From contig JASTWF010000034.1 in the NCBI GenBank assembly GCA_030390025.1, forward strand, positions 3,782,001 to 3,846,000: a stretch of DNA of 64,000 bases, written 5' to 3'. Shown one piece after another: positions 50,630 to 61,604 of this stretch. The first letter of the stretch is position 1; each line of letters starts with the position of its first letter. A model generated the notes under the pieces. The model did no database searches and was not told the DNA's origin. It saw nothing but the letters and a program-made list of their open reading frames with translations. Source of the DNA: Squalus acanthias (Eukaryota). Both the position numbers and the translations under genes were made by a program.

Positions 50630-50893
50630 CCGCACAAAGATGGCGGCACCGGGGCGCAGCACAAAGATGGCGGCTCCGCGGCCCCGCACAAAGATGGCGG
50701 TTCCGGGGCCCCGCAAAAAGATGGCGGATCCGGGGCCCTGTATAAATATGGCGGCTCCGGGGCCCTGCACAAAGATGGCGGCTCTGGGTCCCCGCCCAAA
50801 AATGGCGGCTCCGAGACCCAGCACAAAGATGGCGGCTCTGTTGCCCGGCACAAAGATGGTGGCACTGGGGCCCCGCACAAAGATGACGGCTCT
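50630..50893 (+). repeat. 27-bp GC-rich tandem repeat with the AAGATGGCGG (YY1-type) motif, 10 copies
   Basis: (CACAAAGATGGCGGCTCCGGGGCCCCG)n starting ~65 bp after the GPCR stop. Confidence 0.88.
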
Positions 50894-51349
50894 TCAAATA
50901 TATCGCCGTTCTTTCATCGTCACTAGGTCAAAAGCTTGAAAATCCTTCAGTAACAGTATTGTGGGAGCACCTTCACCACACGGACTGCAGCGGCTCAATA
51001 TGAAGGCCCACCACTTTCACATGGGTAACTAGGGATGGGAAAATGATACCAACCCTGACAGCGTCACCCCTAGCCTGAGAACAAACACATCAAAATAATA
51101 AAATAGGATTAAAATCAATGATTTTACAATTCATTGATTGAAACCAGATGAGGCCTGTGATCAGAGCGGGGCGTCAAGTACGATAAACAAATTGTCAACA
51201 CCACTTGGATCTCCAATTCTATCGTTGTATGATTGATACTACTCACACTTTCCCAATTTCCCAATCATTAAAAAAGGTGCTTGATAAAGGATCACATATT
51301 ACCAACATTGAAGCCCATGGGAATAAAGTGGCAGTGACAACAGTGAGTG

Positions 51350-52228
51350 GTGGGGGGTGTATCAGTATGTAAGAGAGAATTACATTGAGGGGTGTATCTG
51401 TGTGTTACAGTGAGGGGTGTGGGGTACATCAGAGTGTTACAATGAGGGGTGCGGGGTTTATCAGCGTGTTGTACGGAGGTGTGTGGGGTATATCAGAGAG
51501 TTACAGTGAGTTGTGTGGTGCATATCACAGTGTTACCGTGAGGGGTGTGGGGTATATCAGTGTGTTACAGTGAGGGGTGTGGGATATATCAGTGTGTTAC
51601 ACTGAGGGGTGTGGGGTTTATCAGCGTGTTGCAGCGAGGAATGTGGGGTATATCAGAGAGTTACAGTGAGGTGTGTGGTGTATATCACCGTGTTACCGTG
51701 AGTGGTGTGGGGTATATCATAGTGTTACATTGATGGTGTTTGGGGTATATCTGTTTTACCGTGAGGGGTGTGGGGTATATCAGAGAGTTACAGTGAGGGG
51801 TGTGGGGTATATCAGTGTGTTACAGTGAGGGGTGTGGGGTATATCAGTGTTAGTGAGGGGTGTGGGGTACATCAGTGTTACAGTGAGGGGTGTGGGGTAT
51901 ATCAGTGTGTTACAGTGAGGGGTGTGGGGTATATCAGTGTTAGTGAGGGGTGTGGGGTACATCAGTTTTATAGTGAGGGGTGTGAGGTATATCAGTGTTA
52001 CAGTGAGGGGTGTGGGGTATATCATAGTGTTACATTGAGGGGTGTGGGGAATACCAACATGTTGCACTGAGGTGTTTGATGTATATCATAGTGTTACCGT
52101 GAGTGGTGTGAGGTATATCATAGTGTTACATTGATGGTTTTGCGTATATCAAAGTGTTACAGCGAGATGTGTGTGGTATATTAGAGCATTACAGTGAGAG
52201 GTTTGGAATATGTAAGAGAGGATTAAAG
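51350..52228. repeat. ~32-bp minisatellite (inverted paralog of 16290-16895)
   Basis: (TATATCAGTGTGTTACAGTGAGGGGTGTGGGG)n; continues at 55000-55400 and 60300-60565. Confidence 0.88.
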
Positions 52229-52229
52229 A

Positions 52230-54995
52230 GCATAAGAACAGAAGAAATAGGAGCAGGAGTAGGCCAATTGGCCCCTCATGGCTGATCTGCTCCTAACCGC
52301 TAATCTACTATCACAGAACCATCGCCTGAACCTAACAGAATTGGACACACGAAATAGGAGCAGGATCAGGCTACACGGCCCCTGTGCCGCTACGCTACCC
52401 ACAGGGCCATGACCGATCCGAACCTCGACTCATGTCCAAATTCCTGCCCGCTCCCCGTAACCCTTAATCCCCTTTACTTCTAGGAAACTGTCTATTTCTG
52501 TTTTAAATTTATGTAATGATGTAGCTTCTACAGCTTTTGGGGCAGCATATTCCATGGACCTACCACCCTCTGAGTGAAGTAGATCCTTCTCATCTCAGTT
52601 TTGAAAGAGCAGCCCCTTATTCGAAGACTATGCCCCCTAGTTCAAGTTTCACCCATCATCGGGAACATCCTCCCCACATCCACCCGATCCAACCCCTTCA
52701 TAATCTTATATGTTTCAATAAGATCGCCTCTAATTCTTCTGATCTCCAATGAGTAGAGTCCCAATCGACCCAACCTCTCCTCATATGTCCACCCCCTCAT
52801 CCCCGGGATTAACCGAGGGAACCTGCTTTGTACTGACCCGAGAGCAAGTATGTCTTTTCTGAAGTATGGACATCAAAACTGTATGCAGTATTCCATATGC
52901 GGTCTCACCAATACCTTGTACAACTGAAGCAATACCTCCCTATTTTTATATTCTATCACCCTAGCAATAAAAGCCAACATTCCAATGGCCTTCTTAATCA
53001 CTTGCTGCAACTGCATACGAACCTTTTGAGATTCGTGCACCAGGACCCCCAGATATCTTTTTACTTCAGTACTTTCCAGTTTCTTGCCATTAAGATAATA
53101 ACTTGCTCGACTATTTTTCCTGCCAAAGTGCATAACCTCACACTTTCCAGTATTGTATTCCATCTGCCAAATCTCTGCCCACTTACTTATCCTGTCGATG
53201 TCCCCTTGCAGGTATTTTATGTCCTCCTCACTCACTACTTTCCCTCCCATCTTAGTATCATCTGCAAACTTTGATATGTTACACTCGGCCCCTCCTCCAT
53301 ATCGTTAATATAGATTGTAAAGAGTTGGGGACCCAGCACTGACCCCTGCGGAACACCACTAGTTACTGATTGCCAGTCTGAGAATGAACCATTTATCCCA
53401 ACTCTCTGCCTTCTGTTAGATAGCCAATCCTCTATCCATGCCAGAATATTACCCCCAATCCTGTGATTTTTTACCTTAAGCAATAATCTTTTGTGTGGCA
53501 CTTTGTCAAATGCCTTTTGGAAGTCTAAATACACCACATCCACTGGTTCCCCTTTATTCACCCTGTATGTTCAATCCTCAAAGAACTCCAGCAAATTTGT
53601 CAAACATGACTTCCCCTTCATAAAACCATGCTGACTTTGTCCTATTAAATTATGATTATCCAAATGTCCCGTTACTGTCTCCTTAATAATGGACTCTAAA
53701 ATTTTACCTACCACAGATGTTAGGCTAACCGGTCTATAGTTTCCAGCCTTCTGTCTACTGTCCTTTTTAAATAAGGGTGTTACATTAGCAGTTTTCCAGT
53801 CTGCCGGGATCTTTGCTGAGTCCAGGGAGTTTGGGAAAATGATTACCAATGCATCCACAATCCCTACCGCCACTTCCCTCAAGACCCTAGGATGTAAGCC
53901 ATCAGGCCCAGGTTATTTATCCGCCTTGAGTACTATTATTTTACCGAGTACCATTTCCTTAGTGATTTTGATCGTGTTTAGCTCCTCCCCCCCATAGCCC
54001 CCTGTTTGTCCAGTGTTGGGATATTCTTAGTGTCCTCTACTGTAAAGACTGATACAAAATATTCATTGTGTATTTGCCATCTCCATATTTCCCACCAGTA
54101 ATATCCCGGTCTCATCCTCCAAGGGACCAACATTTACTTTAGCCACCCTTTTTCATTTTATATAACTATAAAAACTCTTACTTTCTGTTTTTATATTTTT
54201 TGCTAATTTACTTTCATAATCTATCTTCCCTTTCTTAATCAATCTTTTTGTTATTTTTTGCTGTCTTTTAAAGTTTCCCCAATCCTCTATACTCCCACTA
54301 GATTTGGCCTTGTTTTTATCCGAATACTATCCTTAATTTCTTTACTTAGCCACGGATGACTGTTTTTTCTTTTACACCCTTTTCTTCTCAGTGGAATATA
54401 TATTTTTTGGAAGTTGTAAAATAACTCCTTAAATGTACACCACTGATCATGTATCGTCTTACCCTTTAATCTATTTTCCCAATCCACTCTACTCAATTCC
54501 ACTCGCATACCTTCATAGTCGCCTTTATTGAAGCTTAGCACGCTTGTTTGAGATCCAACCTTCTCACCCTCTAATTGAATATGGAATTCAACCATGTTTT
54601 GGTTACTCATTCCAAGGGGATTCTTTACTCGGACATTTTTAATTAATCCTGTCTCGTTGCACAGGACCAGATCTAAGGTTACTTGCCCCCTGGTCGGTTC
54701 AGTTACATACTGCTCAAGAAACCCATCCCTAATACACTCAATGAACTCATCCTCAAGGCAGCCCTGCCCAATTTGATTTGTCCAATTAATATGATAGTTA
54801 AAATCCCCCATAATTATATATGTTCCCTTATTACAAGCCTCAACTATTTCCTGATTGATACTCCGTCCAACAGAGTTGCAACTGTTCGGAGGCCTATAGA
54901 CTACGCCCACTAGTGTTTTTCCCCATTATTATTCCTTAACTCCACCCAAACAGTTTCATTATCCTGATCTTTTGATCCAACATCATTTTTCTGTA
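52230..54995 (-). mobile_element. 5'-truncated CR1 LINE (EN C-terminus to 3' tail), specific to the right arm
   Basis: ORFs 54287-54910 (VYRPP, GDFN), 53571-53882, 53235-53561 and 52873-53250. Confidence 0.92.
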
Positions 54996-56300
54996 ATAGA
55001 GTGAAGGGGTATATCAGAGTGGTACAGTAAGGGATGTGTGGTGTATATCAGAGTGTTATAGTCAGGGGAGTGGGTTTACATCAAAGTGCTACAGTGAGGG
55101 GTGTGGGGTACATCCGGTTTATACAATGAGGGGTGTGGTGCATAACAGAGTGCTATAGTGAGGGGTGCGGGGTACAGCACAGTAATACAATGAGCGGTGT
55201 TGTGTATAACAGAGTGTTACAGTGAGAGATGTGGTGTATAACAGAGTATTACAATCAGGGCTGTGGGTTTATGTGAGTGTTTTACATTGATGGGTGTCGG
55301 GTATATCAGAGTGTTACAGCGAGGGGTATGGAGTATATCAGAGAGTGTTACAGTGAGGGGCTTGGAGTAAAACGGTGTGCTGCAATGAGAGGTTTAATCA
55401 CAGAAGAATGTAAGAAATAGGAGCAGGAGTAGGCCATTCGGCCCCTTGAGCCTGCTCCGCCATTCAATGAGATCATGGCTGATTTTCTCCCTCAATTCCA
55501 TTCACCGGCCTTATCTCGATATCCCTTGATGCCCTTACTAGTCAGAAATCTATCGACTTCTGTTTTGAATATTCCCAATGACTGAATCTCCACAGCCCTC
55601 TGGGGTAGAGAATTCGAAAGATTCACCACCCTGTGAAGAAATGTCTTTATTAGAGTTAGATATATTTCTTAAGGCTAAGGGGATGAAGGGATATGGGGAG
55701 AAAGCAGGGACAGGGTACTGAATTTGGATGATCAGCCATGATTGCATTGAATGGCGGAGCAGGCTCGAGGGGCCGAAAGGCCTACTCCTGCTCAAATCTT
55801 CTATGTTTCTATGGGGCAAAAATTCAGTTGGTTGCGCCTCCCGTTAGCGCCTTAAGAGGGCGCTAATGGGACGCAAAGCCGCTAGCGCCCGGGCGCAGCG
55901 ATGTTTGCGCCGCTCGGGAACTTAACTAAACATTGTGCGGCGGCGTTAAACTTTACCGCTGCGACCACCTGCGCGCGCAGATTGTGACGTCATTCCATGG
56001 TGCAACGCCCTTGTGGCGCCCCGGAGCAGAAATTGAGTGGCGCCCCCTGCCTTACCGCCTGGCGCATCCAACGACCGGAAGACTGGAACGCTATCAATCG
56101 CTGTGGGGCTGGGGGGGCGCTATTTAAAGGGGGCCTCTTCCTGTCTTTTTCTGTGGTTGACATTTTTGCACCACTCGTTCTGAGAGAGAAAGAGAGACTT
56201 CTGCATTGAGTCAACGCTTTGTGAGGTAATTTTGCCTACTGATCCTAACTTCGCTGGTACTTTGGTTGCTGTCCTTCATAACTTTGCTTGCAAAGAGACT

Positions 56301-57461
56301 ATGGGGGCTGCACTGAATGTGGGCGTTGTCCTGCTCCAGCTGAATCGGAGGACACATAGACGCAGAGAGAGAGTGGCAATGATGGCCAGACGGAGGAGGG
56401 CCAACTGGCGTCTGTACAGGAGAGCTTACCCTCCCAGGGTATATCCTGAACAGCTCTCCTACATTCATTTGTCTGAGGAGTTGTGTTTGCAATGGCTGCG
56501 ATTCAGCAAGGAGGTGGTCACTGAGCTCTGCCACCTGCTGCAGCCAGATCTGCAGCCTCAACTGAGGTCCAGGACGTCTCTGACGGTAGCAGTGAAGGTC
56601 ACAGTGGCTCTCAAGTTCTATGCTACTGGCTCATTTCAAGCTGCTGCTGGGGACCTCCCCAATATCTCCCAGTTCGCGGTGCATTGCTGCATCCGGCAGG
56701 TCACAAATGCCCTCTTTAAAAGGAGACGAGAGTTCATCTCTTTCCCCATGACCCCAGACAAGCAACGTGACCGCGCTCTGGGCTTTGCGAGGATAGCGGG
56801 CTTCCCCATGGTGCAGGGCGCCATTGACTGCACGCATGTGGCTTTGCGTGCTCCACATGAGAATGCCGAGGATTTCCGGAACAGAAAGGGGTTCCATTCC
56901 TTGAATGTTCAGTTGGTCTGTGACCACAGACAGCTGATACTCGCTGTCAATGCCCACTATCCTGGCAGCTGCCACGATGCTTTCATCCTGCGCCAGACTA
57001 CTGTGGCAGAACTTTTCGAGGCACCGCATCAGCCAGTTGGTTGGCTTCTCGGGGACAAGGGGTATCCATTGAGCACCTGGCTGATGACACCGCTCCGTAC
57101 GCCCAACACCCCTGCTGAGCTGCGGTACAACGAGAGCCATCAAGCTACCAGGAACATCATTGAGCGCACAATCGGCGTGCTGAAGCAACGGTTCCGCTGT
57201 CTCGACCATTCAGGAGGAGCCCTGCAGTACTCGCCTGAGCGAGTATCCAACTTCGTAGTTGTGTGCTGCATGTTGCATAACATGGCAATCGTCAGGACCC
57301 AGCCAATGCCACCAGGCCTTGGAGCACCACCAGAGGAGGAGGAGGAAGAGGAGGAAGAGGACGAGGAGGATGATCATCAGCAGCACCAAGGCGGGAGGGC
57401 GGCCCACAATGGTGAAACTGCAAGGGCCGTCCGTCAACGGCTGATAGCAAGCCGCTTCTAG
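56301..57461 (+). CDS. Harbinger DDE transposase (HARBI1-like), 386 aa, uninterrupted
   Basis: ATG at 56301; HTH region, GAIDCTH, NRKGFHSLNVQLVCD, PGSCHDAFIL, LLGDKGYP, RNIIERTIGVLKQRFRCL, CCMLHN; acidic tail; AATAAA downstream. Confidence 0.93.
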   Translation: MGAALNVGVVLLQLNRRTHRRRERVAMMARRRRANWRLYRRAYPPRVYPEQLSYIHLSEELCLQWLRFSKEVVTELCHLLQPDLQPQLRSRTSLTVAVKVTVALKFYATGSFQAAAGDLPNISQFAVHCCIRQVTNALFKRRREFISFPMTPDKQRDRALGFARIAGFPMVQGAIDCTHVALRAPHENAEDFRNRKGFHSLNVQLVCDHRQLILAVNAHYPGSCHDAFILRQTTVAELFEAPHQPVGWLLGDKGYPLSTWLMTPLRTPNTPAELRYNESHQATRNIIERTIGVLKQRFRCLDHSGGALQYSPERVSNFVVVCCMLHNMAIVRTQPMPPGLGAPPEEEEEEEEEDEEDDHQQHQGGRAAHNGETARAVRQRLIASRF

Positions 57462-58003
57462 GGCCTCTGCTGTGGAAATGGCTTCTGCCATTGCTAACAA
57501 CATCAATGAACCCAGCACGCAACCCCTAAGCCGGCCAAGGCACCAATGATTCCAAACACCAAACATGTATATTTTGAATACAAAAACGTATTTATTTTAC
57601 AAACTCTGTGTGTGTCATTTCCTCATGACAAACTCATAGAAATAAACACAAAAAAACAGTCATTAACATAACTGGTTCTCACAACCTGGAGATAATGTCC
57701 AAAACACTAAACAAAAGTTGGACCACGAACCTCGGCCTTTAATAAAAAAATGACCAGCATTTTGTCACACCTCCTACTTTTTGCCCTTCGAGGGTGATCT
57801 CCTTCCCTTGCGCACTTCCCCCCTTCTAACCCTACTGCTCCTCCGTAATGGGACCTCAGTGGCTGCAGCAAGGCTGGTGTAAGGCTGCTGATTGTCAGAC
57901 CCTGACACTGCAGATGCCCCTGAAGGACGGCCTCGACCAGTTCTGGGCCTGGAGGGCCCGGCTGCAGACTGCACCAACTCTGCATGGGCGGCAGCAGTCT
58001 GTC

Positions 58004-58731
58004 CTACAGGCGGTGGCAAGTGCAGTGGAGAAGTGACAGTGTTGGCAGCAGGAATGCTGTCATCGTGAGAGAGGAAAGCAACTCCCTGCTCGCCCGACAC
58101 ACTGGCACTCCCACGGGGCAGCACTTCAGCATCCGGAGCAATCTGCTGGAGCACAATCTGTGGGAGCCCCGGGGACCTGTGAACGAACCATCGAGGTTGG
58201 CAGCAGTCAGTGCTCGCGTGGCCTCAATCTGAGTCTGCATGAGAGCAGTCAGAGATGGGATCACGGCAGTCAGTGACTGAATTGCAGCACTAAGCTTTAG
58301 TGTGGCATCCGCCTGTGCTACAGCGAAGTGCTCCACACTCCTTGCCAGTGACTCAATGCATTCGGGCACCCTTCCCACTGCACCCATGAGCTCAGTGTGC
58401 ATGCACACCGCCTGCGTGTTCATTTCTGCGATCAGCCGCTCCTCCTCTGCGTCCATTGCAGTAGGAGTCGCTGGCATACTCTCCCTCTGGGGAGAAGGCC
58501 CCCGTTCTTCCCTACCCCCATGGCGTTGCTGCAGCCCGCTGGGTCCTGGAGCTTCACCCTCATCAGACCCTTCCCCCCTGCTCCCCTCCAGGGAAGGCGT
58601 GTTCCCAGTGTGGGCATGGGCTTCCTCGGGAGAGGGTGGCACTGATGCTCCGGCTTCCTCTTCCTCCTCGGCTGCAGCTTCACTCCCACTGGCAGCTTCA
58701 GGGCCCGTCTCCTCAGCTGGTGAATCACCAT
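58004..58731 (-). CDS. Harbinger Myb/SANT-like protein, exon 3 (acidic linker and coiled coil; true end may be 57774 via a frameshift)
   Basis: tgctttcAG acceptor; the phase-1 join gives DGDSPAEE...VPPSPEEAH in frame with ORF 58004-58642; spliced product ~375 aa. Confidence 0.7.
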
Positions 58732-58890
58732 CTGAAAGCAGGGAGGTACAAGAGTGACTTTAGCGTGTGGACAGGGTGGCAGTAAGGGAGGAATAAGTGC
58801 AGCGAGTTAGCAAGTTGGATTGAAAGTGTCAAAGGCTGGTGTTGTGAGGGACAAGTGGAAGGACAGAGGACAAAAAGGTGATGACCTTAC

Positions 58891-59053
58891 CATTGCTGTC
58901 AAGAACGGGGTCGGCGTCTCCAGTGGCGACGGGCCCGATCACCCGGCTTGCCACAATCCTGTGGACGCGCTCCTCAAGATCGCTGAGAGGTTGCAGCTGA
59001 GGCCGCCCTCCACCTGTCCGTTGCTGCTGTCTCCTATTATGCGCCAGCTTGGC
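58891..59053 (-). CDS. Harbinger Myb/SANT-like protein, exon 2
   Basis: ttttcttgcAG|AKLAHNRRQQQRTGGGRPQLQPLSDLEERV...|GTAAGG; the TGGG motif follows the trihelix in this family. Confidence 0.82.
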
Positions 59054-59283
59054 CTGCAAGAAAAAGGACAGCGTCTGAGTAAATATACAGCCATGGTCTT
59101 GCCTGATGTGCCTCCCAAAGGTGAATAGCCCTTACTGTATGCAAAGTGTGGAATGTGTGTGTGTGTTTCATGAAAGGGCCATAGGTGTTGGATGAGTGTT
59201 GTGCATTGGGGTTTTAAGACCCTCTGGCCATAGAGTGAGGTTGAGATGGAGGGATGGAGAAGTATTGAGAAAAAGCCACTCAC

Positions 59284-59520
59284 CCGGACGACCCGAGTGA
59301 GGTCGTTGAACTTTTTGCGGCATTGAACATGGGTCCTGGGCACCATGCTCCTGGAGGAGACGCTCTGAGCCACCTCCCTCCACACTCTTCTGTACTCTCG
59401 TGGCAAAGGCCTCCTGCCACTCTCAGGGAAGATTATAGATCTTCTGCGCTCCACCGCGCCAACCAGAGCATCCAAGGCCCGCTCGGTGAGGCGCTGAGCT
59501 CGTTCTCTCACCCTCTCCAT
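59284..59520 (-). CDS. Harbinger Myb/SANT-like DNA-binding protein, exon 1
   Basis: MERVRERAQRLTERALDALV...VWREVAQSVSSRSMVPRTHVQCRKKFNDLTRVVR|GTGAGT (trihelix/MADF-like pattern), phase 0. Confidence 0.85.
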
Positions 59521-60569
59521 CCTTGGCAGCAAAATGGATTCACAGGTCTCTCCAGGCCGAGATTCAAGGCTGCAACGAGCAGGGTGTGGCTGGGGAGCAA
59601 GTTGGCCCCCCCGCTTTAAGAACTGGCCGGCGCCAGTGTGTCTGTGTTCCCTCGCTAACTGGCAGCACCTGCGCTGTGCTCGCACGCTGAGTTAGCGCCT
59701 CACTGCTCGGCCTTTGCGCCTTAAGACAGGTGTGCAGCGCCTGATTTAGCACTCCACTCACCTCCCGGGGCGGTAAAAGTGCAGTTTCCAATCAGTGGCG
59801 ATAATTAGCACCAGGCACTAATTTTTGCGTCCAGACGATATTTGTGCCCCAAACGGGGCGCGACCTAATTTTTCCCCCTATGTTTCTATGCATCTCATCT
59901 CAGTCCTGAAAGGCCTACCCTTTATCATAAGTCTGTGGCCCCTGGTTCTAGACTCCCCAGCCAAGGGAAACATTCTCCCAGCATCCAACCTATCAAGCCC
60001 AGTAATAATTTTTAATGCTTCAATAAGATCCCCACTCATTCTTCTGATTTAAAGAGAATACAGGCCTAGTTCACTCAATCTCTTCTCATATGACTGTCCC
60101 GCCTTCCCAGGAATCAATCTCGTGAACCTTCGTTGCACTCCCTCTATGGCAAGTATATCCTTCCTTAGGTAAGGAGACCGAAATTGTACACAGTACCCCA
60201 GATGTGGTATCACCAAGGCCTATATAAAGGGAGTAAGACTTCTTTACTCCTGTACTCAAATCCTCTTGTAATGAAGGCCAGCACACGATTTGCCTTCCTT
60301 GGGGTATGTAAGAGAGTGTTATAATCAGGAGTGTGGGGTATATCAGAGTTTACAGTGAGGGGTGTGGTTTAGATCAGAGTGTTATAGTGAGGGGTGTGGG
60401 GTATATCAGATTATTATAGTGATTGGTGTGGAGTACATCAGAGTGTTACAGTGAGTGGTGTGGGGTATATCAGCGTATTGCAGTGAGGTGTGTGAGTTAT
60501 TTCAGAGTGTCACAGGTATGGGTGTGAGGTATATCAGTGGGTTACAGTGAGGGGTGTGGGGTACAGCCC

Positions 60570-60940
60570 CACCCAACATTCCAAGGGCAGGGACAGTGGG
60601 TTAGATAAAGAATAAAGCTCCCTCGACACTGCCCCACCAAACAGTCCCAGGGCAGGTACAGTGGGATAGATAGAGTAAAGCTCCCTCTACACTGCCCCAC
60701 CAAACACTCCCAGGGCAGGTACAGCACGGGTTAGGTACAGGTAAAGTTCCCTCCAATTTGGTTCATCAACACAACCAACTCTGATACATCATGTGTTCAA
60801 TGCAGCGTACAGCTCCCTTGACACTACGCAATGAAGCAAAACCAGCTCAGTTACAGCATGGGGTCAATACAGATTAAAGATCCCTCTACATGTAAGTGTT
60901 AAACACTCCCGGGTGAGGTACGGGCAAGGTTTATCTGCGA
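60570..60940. repeat. 67-bp satellite, inverted orientation, degenerate
   Basis: AGAGTAAAGCTCCCTCTACACTGCCCCACCAAACACTCCCAGGGCAGGTACAGCACGGGTTAG. Confidence 0.8.
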
Positions 60941-61604
60941 GTTAAGCTCCGCTCAACTTGCCACATCAAAGGCCGAGCCTGATGGCAGATGTTGAAGAGC
61001 TCCCAGTATCTGGTTAGACTCTCACCTGGGCAGAATCCTGGACTGATGGGATTCTCAGTAAAGTTCCTCACCTTCCCAATCATTGCTGAAGCTTCCCGTT
61101 TTATCCCGTCTCCGACACGGGGATCTCGATCCCACCAGATCTGCTCTGTGAAACCAGAGACATTTCTCCAGTCCCAGTCAGTGAGGCGATGATTCGACTT
61201 CTCTCTCTCCACCTTCCTGAGATATTGCTCACTCCCAGAGACTGTCAATAGAAAAATGATTCATATTAATCCCAGGTCCATTATCTGGAATACAGTGGGA
61301 CTGTTTTTGTGACTGGGATTGTATCTAATTTCATTATATTTGCAACTAATGTGTGTTTGAATTACTTACATTAATATTAAATTGTCCCTTTCAGCCCTTT
61401 GCCCTGTTTATTGGGACTCAACTCACTGCCAGTGTCAGCTGTCACTCCAGCTCCTCCCACACTGACATCCCACAGATGGGCCGTAACCAGGGGCGGGGCT
61501 CTGTCTCCAGGTGACATCACACAGGAGCAAGGAGCCAATCAATCAAAGAGCAGCCTGGAAAAATGTTAAAGCGGCCAAGCCCATCCCAATCCCCCCGGGA
61601 CAGG

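Larger units (their letters stand above)
55813..59878 (+). mobile_element. Full-length PIF/Harbinger DNA transposon (4066 bp)
   Basis: Imperfect TIRs GGGGCAAAAATT / AATTTTTCCCCC; TAT on both flanks (55810-55812, 59879-59881); two convergent genes; empty paralogous site at ~15864-15885. Confidence 0.92.
46380..61580. repeat. Right arm of the inverted segmental duplication
   Basis: Reverse-complement paralog of 6200-22030 with arm-specific insertions (CR1 52.2-55.0 kb, Harbinger 55.8-59.9 kb) and missing ~17365-18100. Confidence 0.88.

Noticed and set aside
56631..57209. 192-aa antisense ORF within the transposase (and similar ORFs antisense to CR1 RTs)
   Set aside because: Shadow frames of real coding sequence with no independent motifs
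56301..57461. Domesticated host gene HARBI1
   Set aside because: Flanked by TIRs and a TSD, paired with a Myb-like gene, absent from the paralogous site and accompanied by decayed relatives, so it is a transposon copy
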